Program-made: the position numbers and the translations under genes
The notes under the pieces: model-generated
What the model saw: only the letters and a program-made list of their open reading frames with translations
Told to the model about the DNA's origin: nothing
Databases searched by the model: none
Source: an uncultured virus (IMG/VR IMGVR_UViG_3300025617_000900)
Lineage: Duplodnaviria; Heunggongvirae; Uroviricota; Caudoviricetes
Strand: one strand, 5' to 3'
Virus record (IMG/VR): IMGVR_UViG_3300025617_000900
DNA: 57,495 bases
In this document: in pieces, positions 31,901-41,002 of the stretch
Layout: each line of letters starts with the position of its first letter
How positions within the stretch are numbered: the first letter of the stretch is position 1

Positions 31901-32439
31901 GCAATTAATGATGTCTTTAAAGGATTGCCAATTGAGTTAGACAGCGGCAATGCTGAATTCATAATTTTGACAAACTGCTCAAAGTAGTTTGAGTTAGTTT
32001 GATCATTCCATTTGATCGTAATACCTGATAAGTTTAGACCGTTTGAATCTAAAATATTTTCAGTTGTTTTAATTGTGTCAAATTTTAGTAAACCGTTTGC
32101 TGCTTGATTTCTGCGTGGATTGTAGGACAGCATACGTGCAAGACGTAGTACGCTTTCTCTGCGTTCTGCTGTTTCAAGGAAGTTTTCTCTAGCATTCAAG
32201 TCAATGCGGAATGATAAGTTTTGCCCAAGGAAAGCAATCATATCAATCAATGCAAGATATTCACTTGACTCAATGTAATCGTTAAAATCTTCTGGGTAGT
32301 TTTGACGCAGATAGTTAATCATTGTGCGTCTTAGATTATCAAAATCGTAGCTCTGGAAATCAGCGTTTCTAAAACTTTGGTAAATTCTCTTCCAGTCCTC
32401 AGCTACTAATAGCCTTGACTGCCTATCATTTGCAGACAT
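28951..32439 (-). CDS. Baseplate wedge protein, T4 gp6-like
   Basis: N-terminal YDFDNLR..Y.EDFND...SS..ALID..A..ENFLETA.RRESV..LA..LSY.P; FSDGVFG and QNRLIT.EDY motifs; follows the gp25-like gene. Confidence 0.85.
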   Translation of the reverse strand: MSANDRQSRLLVAEDWKRIYQSFRNADFQSYDFDNLRRTMINYLRQNYPEDFNDYIESSEYLALIDMIAFLGQNLSFRIDLNARENFLETAERRESVLRLARMLSYNPRRNQAANGLLKFDTIKTTENILDSNGLNLSGITIKWNDQTNSNYFEQFVKIMNSALPLSNSIGNPLKTSLIADVQTQKYRFNATNTGQAIYPFTKRIEGVSTRFEIVSTDISEDSILEEAPLPGNSPAFLFRDDGQGAGSNNTGFFMHFRQGKLETGNFSVSNPTPNQAVQIDVENINDSDVWLFAVNSAGIESNQWTKIDSTEGNNVIYNSLFNQTRDVFAVTTRIGDRINLVFSDGVFGNLPTGNFRSYYRTSNNLRSVITPGAINTLTIDIPYQSRNGSLHTLTVGLKLNYTINNGTASETNTEIKQNAPTTYYTQNRLITGEDYNIGPLAISQDIIKTKSSNRISSGISRFFDLKDASGKYSNTSLFSDDGVIYKEEFIEKQSFTFSTQTDIEGVIYNTIEGILGNVNSQNFYLAKYPKIIVSDLTASWLQSSVSTNQTNGLFRDIDENPYTVGSFTANSLRLLESGAMLKFVAPEGKHFMPDGTLMNDSEVGDHLGKVDYKWVKVISVSGNGTELDEDGIAPIVLNDIIPTGALLEQIIPNFSRTLINDIKTQLIDQVFEYKDFALRYDQYDRQWKIVLAEDINTLSKFATGKAGDITGENLDASWMLYFKTDGEKYTITHRNLRYVMESADEIRFFFDAADKIYDPSTGQIVRDKIDILNINRKPGEITPFTRDFNWTITDAYRDAEGYLDSRKIQVQFIDLDDDGVIDDPDIFEQIVGEENTEISTADKIVFQKKYTTTDGVEDFKYFANANSEIIVVQNESAIAPYSSRLEGQIFYLIDEGVFRKLNKELNNTVLNTDYKAYFGRAGLKFHYIHVADSGYRIDPSASNIIDTYILSKTYDTQVKQYISGIITSKPKPPSNDELFRSYGGEINKIKSISDEIIYHPAKYKILFGDKASPDLQVKFKIVKNPNLVVNDNELKSEIIESINKFFDIENWDFGETFYFQELSAYIMNELSPKLVSILIVPRQTTQSFGSLFEIKSEPDEVFASAAKVTDIETIDQLTATNLQASGTIINSVASSTTAGITSEMSKATNTNTNTTGGGYSY

Positions 32440-32463
32440 GTACGTTTCCTTGTTTACTGATAA

Positions 32464-32470
32464 TATTTAT
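32464..32470 (-). promoter_or_regulatory. Putative late promoter (A)TAAATA
   Basis: Motif upstream of the AAGGA RBS and the ATG at 32439. Confidence 0.6.
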
Positions 32471-32502
32471 CTTATAAGAAAAAGTGCGTATTTAATTATT
32501 TG

Positions 32503-32937
32503 TTAAAGCAAACCGTTTTCTTTATCAAATTTAAAACGTAATTGATCTGTTATACCGAACGGTAAGACTGTTATTTTACAGTCAATCTGTATACCTTGTT
32601 CATAAGTGTCAATTAAAATGTCTTCTGCTTTTATTCTAGGATCATAGTTTATAATACGAGTAACATCTTCAATGATTGCTTCTTGAACTTCAATTGTAAA
32701 AGGTTCGTATAAAATATCCCAAATGATTGTGCCAAATGTAGGATCACTTAGTTTTTCAGTTTGGCGTATGTGAAAGTGATTGATTAGATCTTGTTTAATT
32801 AGTTCATAATCATATATACTAAAACTTTTAGCATCTGCAACTGTAGAAAATCCTCTATATTTTCTACCAGTAGACGCTGTTTGTAATGCAGTATTAACAG
32901 TTACACGCTTGTATAAGTTTTTTTCTAATTGGCTCAT
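32503..32937 (-). CDS. Baseplate wedge subunit, gp25-like
   Basis: LIKQDLINHF..R..E...P.FGT.IW..LYEP..II.YDPRI pattern of the GPW/gp25 family. Confidence 0.85.
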   Translation of the reverse strand: MSQLEKNLYKRVTVNTALQTASTGRKYRGFSTVADAKSFSIYDYELIKQDLINHFHIRQTEKLSDPTFGTIIWDILYEPFTIEVQEAIIEDVTRIINYDPRIKAEDILIDTYEQGIQIDCKITVLPFGITDQLRFKFDKENGLL

Positions 32938-32941
32938 ACTA

Positions 32942-32947
32942 TATTTA
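32942..32947 (-). promoter_or_regulatory. Putative late promoter TAAATA, 4 nt before the ATG (leaderless)
   Basis: Minus strand reads GGTAAATA-TAGT-ATG; no Shine-Dalgarno sequence. Confidence 0.6.
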
Positions 32948-32961
32948 CCCTTTATTATACC

Positions 32962-35442
32962 CTATTCTGGCGTAGCAGAAGTTCTTACTGTCGACGTAGC
33001 AGCACTATTATCTGTCGGTTCAGAAGTTGGTGGATTGGCATTAGCTGCTGCAATTTCTTGTTCTAAACTTTTAAGTGCATCTGCTTCTTCGTTATGGAAT
33101 CTGTTAACAACAGATTGACGAATTGCAGCAGTACTACTTCGAAAATATTTGCTTCCGTTTTCTGCTCTGCGTTCAGCATATATTGCTCTAAGCAAGGCAG
33201 CATCAGTAGGCGTTGTTGCAGTTATTTCATTTGGCGGGTAACCTAAACTTGACAACGCACCACGGAATACATTTCTTGCGCCGCCTGGCCCATGTTGTAT
33301 CGATGTTGAAAATACTGCTTGCTGTACTGTTCTAGCTCTTGTTGTAGAATCAAGTCCAGTTGCTTTATTAATTAATCTATTTGCAGGAGTAAAATATTGA
33401 ATTGCAGTATATTCACTCTGTGCATTGCCGCCTTCTGCGGTTCCCATTGCCTGTGCCCATGCTGCTTTATATGCATCTGTTCCGGCTCTTCCTGCTGCTG
33501 CTCCGCCTGCTGCTGCTAACTGCGATTCTAAATCAGGATGTGCTGTTGCAAGCCAAGAATGGAATTCATTTAATGCACCTGTATTTGCTGCAAGTTGATA
33601 TTTTCCGTAGCTCCAGCCGCCTGTGCTATCCCAGCCGATAATTCCCGGATCGCCTTTAGATTCGTATTTTTCACTTAGTGCGCCAATATTAAAATCAAAT
33701 GTATGAGTACTATTATAATTTCCTGGAGGGACAGATGCTTGCCCATTGCCACTTACTCTACTTTGTACTCCAGTACTAACATTGCCTCCACTGTTCGTTA
33801 CATACGCACTGCTTGTGCGTCCTTGTAAGTTTTTATCAAACGTATCTGGTGTAACTATACGATCAGCTGATGGCAATCCACCAGGCTGTTCTCTATCTGT
33901 TTGTATTTTCTTAAATGACATCGGATCCATGTTTTCATGGTGAGGCCAAGGCTCGTGTTGAGGAGATCTTGTAAGTATAGTTTCGTATGGGCTAATAACT
34001 CCGCCTGGTCGCACACGTGGCAATGTGTGTGTACTCAGCGGTTGTACTGCTTTTGCCGGATTTGCTGTAGGTGCGTTAGGGCCATTCATATGAACATAAG
34101 TTGCTGTTTCTCTATGTTCTTTTGCACTGTTAATAAACGTGTTTGCGCCAGCAGTAAGTCTATTATCTTGTCCTGTTTTAAGATGTAACGTTTTTCCAGT
34201 TTCGATATGTTGCGTATCTTTTACTTTTATATGCTGACTTTGTCCTACAGTAATTTTACTGTCTTTGCCAACATGTAAATTAAAATTGTTTTTAGATTCA
34301 ATTTGAACTCTGCCAGTTTCTCCACCTTTGGTGTTGCGTCCTGACGCTTTAATATTAACATTTCTGCCTGCTTCCATATTAATATCGCGTTCAGCAGTAA
34401 TGTTAAGATCATTTTCCGTCATGATACTAACACTGTCTTGTGCATGAATATCAATTTTGCCATCACTGGTCATTTCGATCCATGTAGATCCACGAGCATT
34501 TCCAATGTAAATTAAATCTTCTGAATTATGCATTAGTATTTGATGACCAGTTCTAGTTCTAAAACGCATTAATTCATTTTGTGGTATAGTTCTATCGCCG
34601 CCGGATTCGTTATTGCCTTTGTTTTTATAAACAGGCGGGCCATCTTCTGCATGGGTTGTACGAACAAATCTTTCGTCGCCGTCATCCATAACAAATGCAC
34701 TGCCGCCTAATCTATTGGACGGGACAACAACCTTATTTCCTACTGTTCCAATTTCAACTGTTGGATGTCCGTCTCTTCGATCTTTAGGTCCGGGTGTGCT
34801 AATGCCAAATACTGCACTTGGCATTTCACGACGAGAGCTACTTGTAGTTGTTCCACGTACTTCATCATTAAGCAGACCTTGTATTTCTAAAGATTCTGCA
34901 AAGTCTTTGTTGTATGGTTTTGCAAACAAAGTAGGGTCTACTCTTGATCCTGTTTCGATCGATTTGTTGTATTCGCCTACTGGGAGTTTTCTGCCTTTTA
35001 AGGGAGGAGGAGTTATTCCTGTAGTATTCTCAGTCGATGCTTTGCCGTCGGGAACCATAAAGTTCATGTAATCTGCAGGAATGCATCCGATCCAGTAACC
35101 AAAGTTTGCATTACCTTCTGCAAACATTACTAGAACTTTTGTGCCTACGTCCGGCGGCACCATCCACATGCCGTATGATTTTTGTGTGTGTTCGTATCCA
35201 TCATTGGCAGTAAGTGCAGCATTTGGCGTAACACCATAAAACGGACTTAAATACCTTACGTTTAATAACTGTCCTGTACGTTCCGGTGACCCGCCTGCAC
35301 TTGTATATTTTAGTAATTCAACAACTAAGCCGCCCATGTACCTAGTATCAAAATTATTAACAACTATAGCTTCATACGGGCCGCTGTCTTTAAATCCTGT
35401 TCTTAGTGTACTTGCTGTTCTTGTGTAATTTCCGTTTGCCAT
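32962..35442 (-). CDS. Baseplate central spike, gp5/VgrG-like, with C-terminal peptidoglycan-hydrolase-like domain
   Basis: OB-fold segment YGMWMVPPDVGTKVLVMF..YWIGC; beta-helix repeats (RTRTGHQI..IEM.SDG.I); C-terminal LSEKYES..D..GG.SYGKYQLA lysozyme-like motif. Confidence 0.8.
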   Translation of the reverse strand: MANGNYTRTASTLRTGFKDSGPYEAIVVNNFDTRYMGGLVVELLKYTSAGGSPERTGQLLNVRYLSPFYGVTPNAALTANDGYEHTQKSYGMWMVPPDVGTKVLVMFAEGNANFGYWIGCIPADYMNFMVPDGKASTENTTGITPPPLKGRKLPVGEYNKSIETGSRVDPTLFAKPYNKDFAESLEIQGLLNDEVRGTTTSSSRREMPSAVFGISTPGPKDRRDGHPTVEIGTVGNKVVVPSNRLGGSAFVMDDGDERFVRTTHAEDGPPVYKNKGNNESGGDRTIPQNELMRFRTRTGHQILMHNSEDLIYIGNARGSTWIEMTSDGKIDIHAQDSVSIMTENDLNITAERDINMEAGRNVNIKASGRNTKGGETGRVQIESKNNFNLHVGKDSKITVGQSQHIKVKDTQHIETGKTLHLKTGQDNRLTAGANTFINSAKEHRETATYVHMNGPNAPTANPAKAVQPLSTHTLPRVRPGGVISPYETILTRSPQHEPWPHHENMDPMSFKKIQTDREQPGGLPSADRIVTPDTFDKNLQGRTSSAYVTNSGGNVSTGVQSRVSGNGQASVPPGNYNSTHTFDFNIGALSEKYESKGDPGIIGWDSTGGWSYGKYQLAANTGALNEFHSWLATAHPDLESQLAAAGGAAAGRAGTDAYKAAWAQAMGTAEGGNAQSEYTAIQYFTPANRLINKATGLDSTTRARTVQQAVFSTSIQHGPGGARNVFRGALSSLGYPPNEITATTPTDAALLRAIYAERRAENGSKYFRSSTAAIRQSVVNRFHNEEADALKSLEQEIAAANANPPTSEPTDNSAATSTVRTSATPE

Positions 35443-35445
35443 TTA

Positions 35446-36789
35446 TTAGCCTGCGCCTCCGCTTAATGCTGCCTGTCGTTGCTTTAATAAACTTCCTGTT
35501 GCAGCAGTAGTTGTGCCAACAGGAATGCCACCATCAACAGGAGTTACTGGAGTGGAATCAGGAGCAACTGACGTTCCTGATACATTCATACTAGGGCCGC
35601 CTGAATTAGGTGTAAAAACTTTTTTACCACTATTAAAATCGTATCTGTCAAATCCTCCTTCTAGTGGCTCGTATATATATACGTTTGGCCTACTGTTAGT
35701 CGGTGTTGTTGACTGCCCTGCTGTAGGCGTAGACGGTTCTTGAGTTACTGTAGTAGGTGCTGTGGAAGTAGCATCGGCTTGTCGTCTTGCTACTTCTGCT
35801 GCGCCGTTACCTCTACCGCCTCCAATGCCAGGAATTACTGACGCTGGTGATGCGGCTGCTGCTCTTGCTTGTCTTATAATTGCATCATCATAAGGCATAT
35901 TTGATGGCGGTGTTGCACCACTTCCATCTGCATTAGTAACTGGAGGATTGTTAGGCAGGCATGGATCAACTCCTGTACTTACGTTAGGAGAAAGACGAGT
36001 TGCTGTTGCACCGGCAGATGAACTTGCTGAAGACGAAGTAGTTGACGATGGCGTTGTTGGTCCAGGAGTTACAGACGCAGAAGCAGACGATGTTAGTGGT
36101 ATAGGAGTATCACCTTTAGAATCAAACCTACTAGTAACTTCGCCTGTAGGAGATGCAGGTTGTGTAATCGGAGCGGCACCTTTAGAATCAAATCTACTAC
36201 TAAGTTCTCCGGGTATAGTCTCACTTTCTGTAACTACACCCGCAGCACCTGGTTTAGCAGTTGTAGTAGTTACAGTAGTATTTCCTGTTGTTGCACTAGT
36301 CGTAGCTTCTGATTGTGTTTCTGGCCTACTGTCATCTCGTGCGGGGTCAGGAACATATACAGGAAGACCTTCAAATCTGTCTACTCTTATTCCGCCTTCA
36401 GGCATTCGTGTAAATTGGTCGTACTCTTTGCCCCAACGACTGCCAAAATCGTGGCGTAATGCAGAGTAATGGTCAATTAGTGGCATTATATCTGTTGTAT
36501 TATTGCGAGTATCCCACTCGCCCATGTCTACATATCGTATTACCCAGTAATTTTTGTTAGCAGGATAGGGTATATCTTCGCCTTCATTATCGATTACTAT
36601 AACTAATCCAGACTCTCCTTTTCTTAAAAATATTTGGCCGGCATGTTCATACAAATCGTCAACATTTTGAAAACAAAGTTGTCCGAGGCTATTTCTCCAA
36701 GGCGTTGTTGGACTAACTTCAACCGAACTTTCTTGATCTAAAATATTTCTTGCTTCTTCTGGTAAACCGCCGTCGTCTTCATCTGCCAT
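35446..36789 (-). CDS. Hypothetical Thr/Ser/Pro-rich protein in the baseplate hub cluster
   Basis: 447-aa ORF tightly packed between the hub and spike genes; AGGA RBS. Confidence 0.65.
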   Translation of the reverse strand: MADEDDGGLPEEARNILDQESSVEVSPTTPWRNSLGQLCFQNVDDLYEHAGQIFLRKGESGLVIVIDNEGEDIPYPANKNYWVIRYVDMGEWDTRNNTTDIMPLIDHYSALRHDFGSRWGKEYDQFTRMPEGGIRVDRFEGLPVYVPDPARDDSRPETQSEATTSATTGNTTVTTTTAKPGAAGVVTESETIPGELSSRFDSKGAAPITQPASPTGEVTSRFDSKGDTPIPLTSSASASVTPGPTTPSSTTSSSASSSAGATATRLSPNVSTGVDPCLPNNPPVTNADGSGATPPSNMPYDDAIIRQARAAAASPASVIPGIGGGRGNGAAEVARRQADATSTAPTTVTQEPSTPTAGQSTTPTNSRPNVYIYEPLEGGFDRYDFNSGKKVFTPNSGGPSMNVSGTSVAPDSTPVTPVDGGIPVGTTTAATGSLLKQRQAALSGGAG

Positions 36790-36793
36790 TATT

Positions 36794-39766
36794 TTATCCT
36801 AATAAACTTTTAATTTTAGATTTTGCTGCACCAGTAGCTGCTGCAATTCCTTGATTTGCAGCATTATTTACTGCTGATTGTGCTTGATTTGCTGCGGCTC
36901 TGGCTTGACTTTCAAGACTGCCTAGAGCAGATTGTGCATCACCTAAAGCTCCTTTTAGATCTGCGCCTGCACCTCCAAATGCATCAAGTCCTGGTATAAC
37001 TTTTGTTAAATCCGTTAATTTAGCAACACCAACATCTGCACCTTCTATCGCTTGTGTAAATTGACTTCCTACTCCAGCAACTTGTTCTTCAAGATTAGCA
37101 AGCGGAGCTGTTAACTTTGCTGCTACATCTTGTGGAACTGCCGGCATTAAATTTCTAATATCGTCTTTGGACGGAGTAGGCATACAATCTGTACTAGGTT
37201 GTCCGCTTTGTCCTACTGTGCCATCTGATTTTGTAGTTTGGTTAGCAAGGGCTGCGGCATTATCAACTTGTATTAGATTATTGTTCCCTGTAGATGCCTC
37301 GTCATCTTGACCTCGACGTCTGATCATTTTAAGAGTTTGAGTAAATTTGCCGCCACTAAAATTATTAGTCACTGCCCATATTTGAAATAACCCACTGAAT
37401 CCTGGAACAGCCTGCGGCATTTCCATAGTTGCACCTGTAACTTGATAGTCGAAAGGAGTTTTAAAATTAACCACACAAATTACAGGACCTTGAGTATACT
37501 CCATAGTTCCATCTTGTGACAGTCCTGGACGTCCACTATTTGGTGCGGTATAATTACCAGTTTGTTGTGGAAGAAAGAATGGATCTCCCATAATTTCCAT
37601 TTCAGCAGTTACCATATCAACATTCATATTTGTAATTCTGTCGTGAAAGTGTTCAGCAATCTGACGACGTACATCATTACTAAGAGTGCCTACTGGATCT
37701 GCTAGTCTATTTTTTAACGCTACTGCCGGCTGTGCTTCGTCATTGGTTTTTCTATCACTATCTTTTTTTGCAGAGGCGCCGCTTGGAGTATTATCTTGAG
37801 TAGATGCTGTTTTGCCGGCATCTACATCCATAATAGACCCTGCGCCCATACCAAAGTCTGAAGTTGCTGTCATTAAAAATGCATTATTAAAGTTAATATC
37901 AAAATTTAACACATCTTCATTTTTTCCAGTATAGATATAGTTGTATTCTTTTATAGCAGATTCTCTTAGTCCTTTGGTGTTTGCAGGAGCAGAATTTGGA
38001 GACATTGTAACTGCTTCATCAACTTCATAAGGAACAATACTATACACATAAACCTTTGGCTTGCGGCCGACCTGTTTTTCTGTACTATCACTGTCATCAA
38101 TAAACACCTGTGTATCAATTCTAAACCATTTGTTTAAACCATTAGTTGCACCTTCAGTGGAACGTTCGGCTGCATATTTAGATTGCAGTACCATTCGTTC
38201 AATAATACTAGTAATTTGTTCGCCTTGACTAAACTGAAAGTCTCTCGACACTGTTGCAGGCTGTGCAGCAACAGAAGTAGTGTCAACTAAATTAGTATCA
38301 GGATTAACTACCGCTCCTGCTTCTGCTTCGCTCGTGTTGCCAGGAGCATTAGTGTCTTCGTTGAGAGGACTTAAACCAATTTCATTCATTAAATCAGTGT
38401 TTTCAGCAAACGATTTTAATACAGCATATGTGTCTGTAGATTGTTGTATAGTTACAATTTTAGGATTAAACGAAGATCGAAGTCTTGGGTTATTTGCTCC
38501 TGCACCTGTACGCTGTGCTTCTTGTTCTTCTGGCGAAGTAGTAAATGCACTTTCGTCTATTCTTCCTGTTTTGAGTGCATCAACTAAAGAAGTTGGGTTT
38601 TTTGGGAAACATATTACATACCTGTCAAATTTTGAAAGAGCACTAGATTGTTCTAAACTTTCTATCTGGCCGTTGATTGCATTTGTTAATGAATTATCGT
38701 TAGTTTCAAGCACTTGATGCAGAAGTGTTCCGTTAGATCTTATTTGTGTGTTAATTGTATTGACATCGTCTGCAAGTCCTGATTCACTCATGGGAATTGC
38801 TTTAACTTCATACTTACTTCCTTGCCCGCTTACATTAAAATCCATATTAACAAATTTTATAGGTATAAAAATAGGACGTTGAAGGTTATTAGAATCAGTT
38901 GTGCCATCTAAATTCCAACCGTTAAAATCAATTCTTATGCAAAAAGGAGCGTTAGTATAACTACTGTATCCAGCAGCAGCCGCTGCTGTGATTATAGCTT
39001 GTATAAAATTGCCCATACTATATGGCTCAGTTACTGTGAATCTTAATGAAGTTCCAAGAGAAACCCGTGTATTAGGATTAGGAGCAACAACTGCATCCAT
39101 CTCAAAATCGTCTATATAGTATTCTGCATGATCACTGTTTCCGGCACCAGTTTCATCAAATACCTGAACACGTTTATCTAAGTTTCCGCCAGACGATTGT
39201 ATAATATAATTGGTAAATCCTCCAGAACTTCTATAACTTTCTGGATTGTTATATTCAGATGCACTGAGTACACCTAGTGTAATTGAATAATTAAATCCGT
39301 TGTGATTTCTTAACGGATTAGGTATTCTACTAGCAGAAGTGTCGTCTCCTGCATATGGAGCTCTGTTTCCCCTGTCTGCAAACTCAGTATATGCACTGCG
39401 TTCGGATAGTTCTCTATATTGTGATAGTGTTAATGCATATTCTTCGCCTGTAAGTCCAGCTAAATCTGCTATACCTCTTTCTACAATTTTTAAAGGATTG
39501 TTTGCTAATCCTGTTAGTTCTTCTGCATTAGCAATCAGGCCACCTAGTTTGTTTTGAATTCCTCCGAAAAGATCTCCGCCAAATGCTCCGCCGAGTTTGC
39601 TAGTTGCTGCACCTAATAAAGCACCTTTTACATCGCCACCACTTAATGCTGTATTAATTAACTGACCGCCTACTCCAGGAACAGCAGATCCAATACGCTG
39701 ACTAACACTGCTTACCACAGAAGATTTTAAACTACTTTTTAAAGATGCACCTAGGTTAATTGCCAT
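36794..39766 (-). CDS. Baseplate hub/tail protein (gp27/gpD-like)
   Basis: NPL...Y.ITL; F.VTEPYS; KEYNYIYTGKN.DVL.F; I.GDPF; FSGLF..V.N.FSGGKFTQ.L motifs; lies between the gp53-like and gp5-like genes. Confidence 0.65.
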   Translation of the reverse strand: MAINLGASLKSSLKSSVVSSVSQRIGSAVPGVGGQLINTALSGGDVKGALLGAATSKLGGAFGGDLFGGIQNKLGGLIANAEELTGLANNPLKIVERGIADLAGLTGEEYALTLSQYRELSERSAYTEFADRGNRAPYAGDDTSASRIPNPLRNHNGFNYSITLGVLSASEYNNPESYRSSGGFTNYIIQSSGGNLDKRVQVFDETGAGNSDHAEYYIDDFEMDAVVAPNPNTRVSLGTSLRFTVTEPYSMGNFIQAIITAAAAAGYSSYTNAPFCIRIDFNGWNLDGTTDSNNLQRPIFIPIKFVNMDFNVSGQGSKYEVKAIPMSESGLADDVNTINTQIRSNGTLLHQVLETNDNSLTNAINGQIESLEQSSALSKFDRYVICFPKNPTSLVDALKTGRIDESAFTTSPEEQEAQRTGAGANNPRLRSSFNPKIVTIQQSTDTYAVLKSFAENTDLMNEIGLSPLNEDTNAPGNTSEAEAGAVVNPDTNLVDTTSVAAQPATVSRDFQFSQGEQITSIIERMVLQSKYAAERSTEGATNGLNKWFRIDTQVFIDDSDSTEKQVGRKPKVYVYSIVPYEVDEAVTMSPNSAPANTKGLRESAIKEYNYIYTGKNEDVLNFDINFNNAFLMTATSDFGMGAGSIMDVDAGKTASTQDNTPSGASAKKDSDRKTNDEAQPAVALKNRLADPVGTLSNDVRRQIAEHFHDRITNMNVDMVTAEMEIMGDPFFLPQQTGNYTAPNSGRPGLSQDGTMEYTQGPVICVVNFKTPFDYQVTGATMEMPQAVPGFSGLFQIWAVTNNFSGGKFTQTLKMIRRRGQDDEASTGNNNLIQVDNAAALANQTTKSDGTVGQSGQPSTDCMPTPSKDDIRNLMPAVPQDVAAKLTAPLANLEEQVAGVGSQFTQAIEGADVGVAKLTDLTKVIPGLDAFGGAGADLKGALGDAQSALGSLESQARAAANQAQSAVNNAANQGIAAATGAAKSKIKSLLG

Positions 39767-39767
39767 T

Positions 39768-40067
39768 TTAGAATCCTAAAGTATTGCGCAGTGCTGTTGG
39801 ATCGGGTAGATAAATTTTTGTTCCTGCTACAAAATCAAATACAGGATCCTTTAGAACGTCCAAGTTTCTCTGTGCAAATACCCACCACAATTCTTTTTTA
39901 CCGTAAGTAATGTGTGCTAATAAATCTGGGCGATATGTATATTCTGATGTTATTTCAAAAAGAATATCTTCTCTATTAATAGGAACAGGACGCGGCGATA
40001 AAACATCTAAGTATCCGTTTTCATTAATAGGCGTTCTTGCGTACTGACTTAAACTGGTGTTTTTCAT
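39768..40067 (-). CDS. Baseplate wedge protein gp53-like (LysM/tail X-like)
   Basis: YRPDLLAH..YG...LWWVFA.RN...DP..DF..G..I.LP pattern. Confidence 0.8.
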   Translation of the reverse strand: MKNTSLSQYARTPINENGYLDVLSPRPVPINREDILFEITSEYTYRPDLLAHITYGKKELWWVFAQRNLDVLKDPVFDFVAGTKIYLPDPTALRNTLGF

Positions 40068-40918
40068 TATACAAATCCTTCCGGACCGTTAACATGGCCG
40101 CCGCCTGCGAATTCATTTAAATTAAATCCTGCTTGCGAACGTCTTGCGTACTGAGGTTGTAGTGTGACTGTTATCGCACTCTGTGTTGGTACATAGTTTA
40201 CCATTCCATTTACAGTACATTGTATATAATCTACATCTACTGGCAAGTCTGTTGTAAAGTTTGTAATTACAACAGGAATATCATTCAATACATGTTTACC
40301 GTAACCGTTTAGTCTACAAACCACTGGTGGATTACCTAGCGGAGTACTATTACCGTAAAACATTTTGGTTGCTGTTCTTAAAAAGTGCAAACAAGCAATC
40401 CAATATTTTGCATCGTTTTCATTTTCTTGATAAAATTCACCTGTAATAGTAATTGCATCAACTTGACTATTTTCATATGCATTATAGGGATAGTTAGTAT
40501 GTGTAGGTTGTATTTGGCTATAATTTGCACTGTGACTTAATAGTACTGTAGGATTGAATGGAAATATCATTCTGTTTCCTGTGTTAAACGCACTCGATCC
40601 ACTTGATTCTCTTAGAGGTGCTAGTATATCACCTTCATCTAATATCACAGAAGGAACTTCTATACTTACTCTCCAGTCGCTTGGATCGGAAACACTATTA
40701 TTAGGCGAAATAACTGCTCTAGAAATAGTTCTATTATTAATAGATGATCCGAATCCGCCAGTTTCATTAATGAAATTTGCAGCAAGTTTACCAAGAGGTC
40801 CTAAACTACCTAACTTATTGTTGATAGTTTCGCCGATGGCGCCTTTGACAGCACCTTTTGCATCATTTACAATACTGCTGACAAAATTGCTCGAATCGAA
40901 ATTAATTTTAAATGGCAT
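40067..40918 (-). CDS. Baseplate tail-tube initiator/cap protein (gp48/gp54-like)
   Basis: IFPFNP....SANY....PTH.NY; ITITGEF; HFLRT.TKMF.G..G.PP.V..L..YG...L..IPVVI.NF tube-like fold pattern; first gene of the baseplate operon. Confidence 0.65.
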   Translation of the reverse strand: MPFKINFDSSNFVSSIVNDAKGAVKGAIGETINNKLGSLGPLGKLAANFINETGGFGSSINNRTISRAVISPNNSVSDPSDWRVSIEVPSVILDEGDILAPLRESSGSSAFNTGNRMIFPFNPTVLLSHSANYSQIQPTHTNYPYNAYENSQVDAITITGEFYQENENDAKYWIACLHFLRTATKMFYGNSTPLGNPPVVCRLNGYGKHVLNDIPVVITNFTTDLPVDVDYIQCTVNGMVNYVPTQSAITVTLQPQYARRSQAGFNLNEFAGGGHVNGPEGFV

Positions 40919-40941
40919 ATTTAATTTATCTCCTACAATAC

Positions 40942-40947
40942 TATTTA
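40942..40947 (-). promoter_or_regulatory. Putative late promoter TAAATA for the baseplate operon
   Basis: CTAAATAGTAT on the minus strand upstream of the AGGAG RBS and the ATG at 40918. Confidence 0.6.
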
Positions 40948-40948
40948 G

Positions 40949-40977
40949 TTGACAAAATTAAGTATGTATATTATAAT
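40949..40977 (+). promoter_or_regulatory. Perfect consensus sigma70 promoter TTGACA-N17-TATAAT
   Basis: TTGACA 40949-40954, 17-nt spacer, TATAAT 40972-40977, upstream of the late sigma gene. Confidence 0.9.
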
Positions 40978-41002
40978 AAGTATAACATAACCGGAGATGT
41001 CA

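Noticed and set aside
35948..36469. 173-aa plus-strand ORF and other short ORFs opposite the structural genes
   Set aside because: They are antisense shadows produced by codon bias; I saw no recognisable motifs in them.
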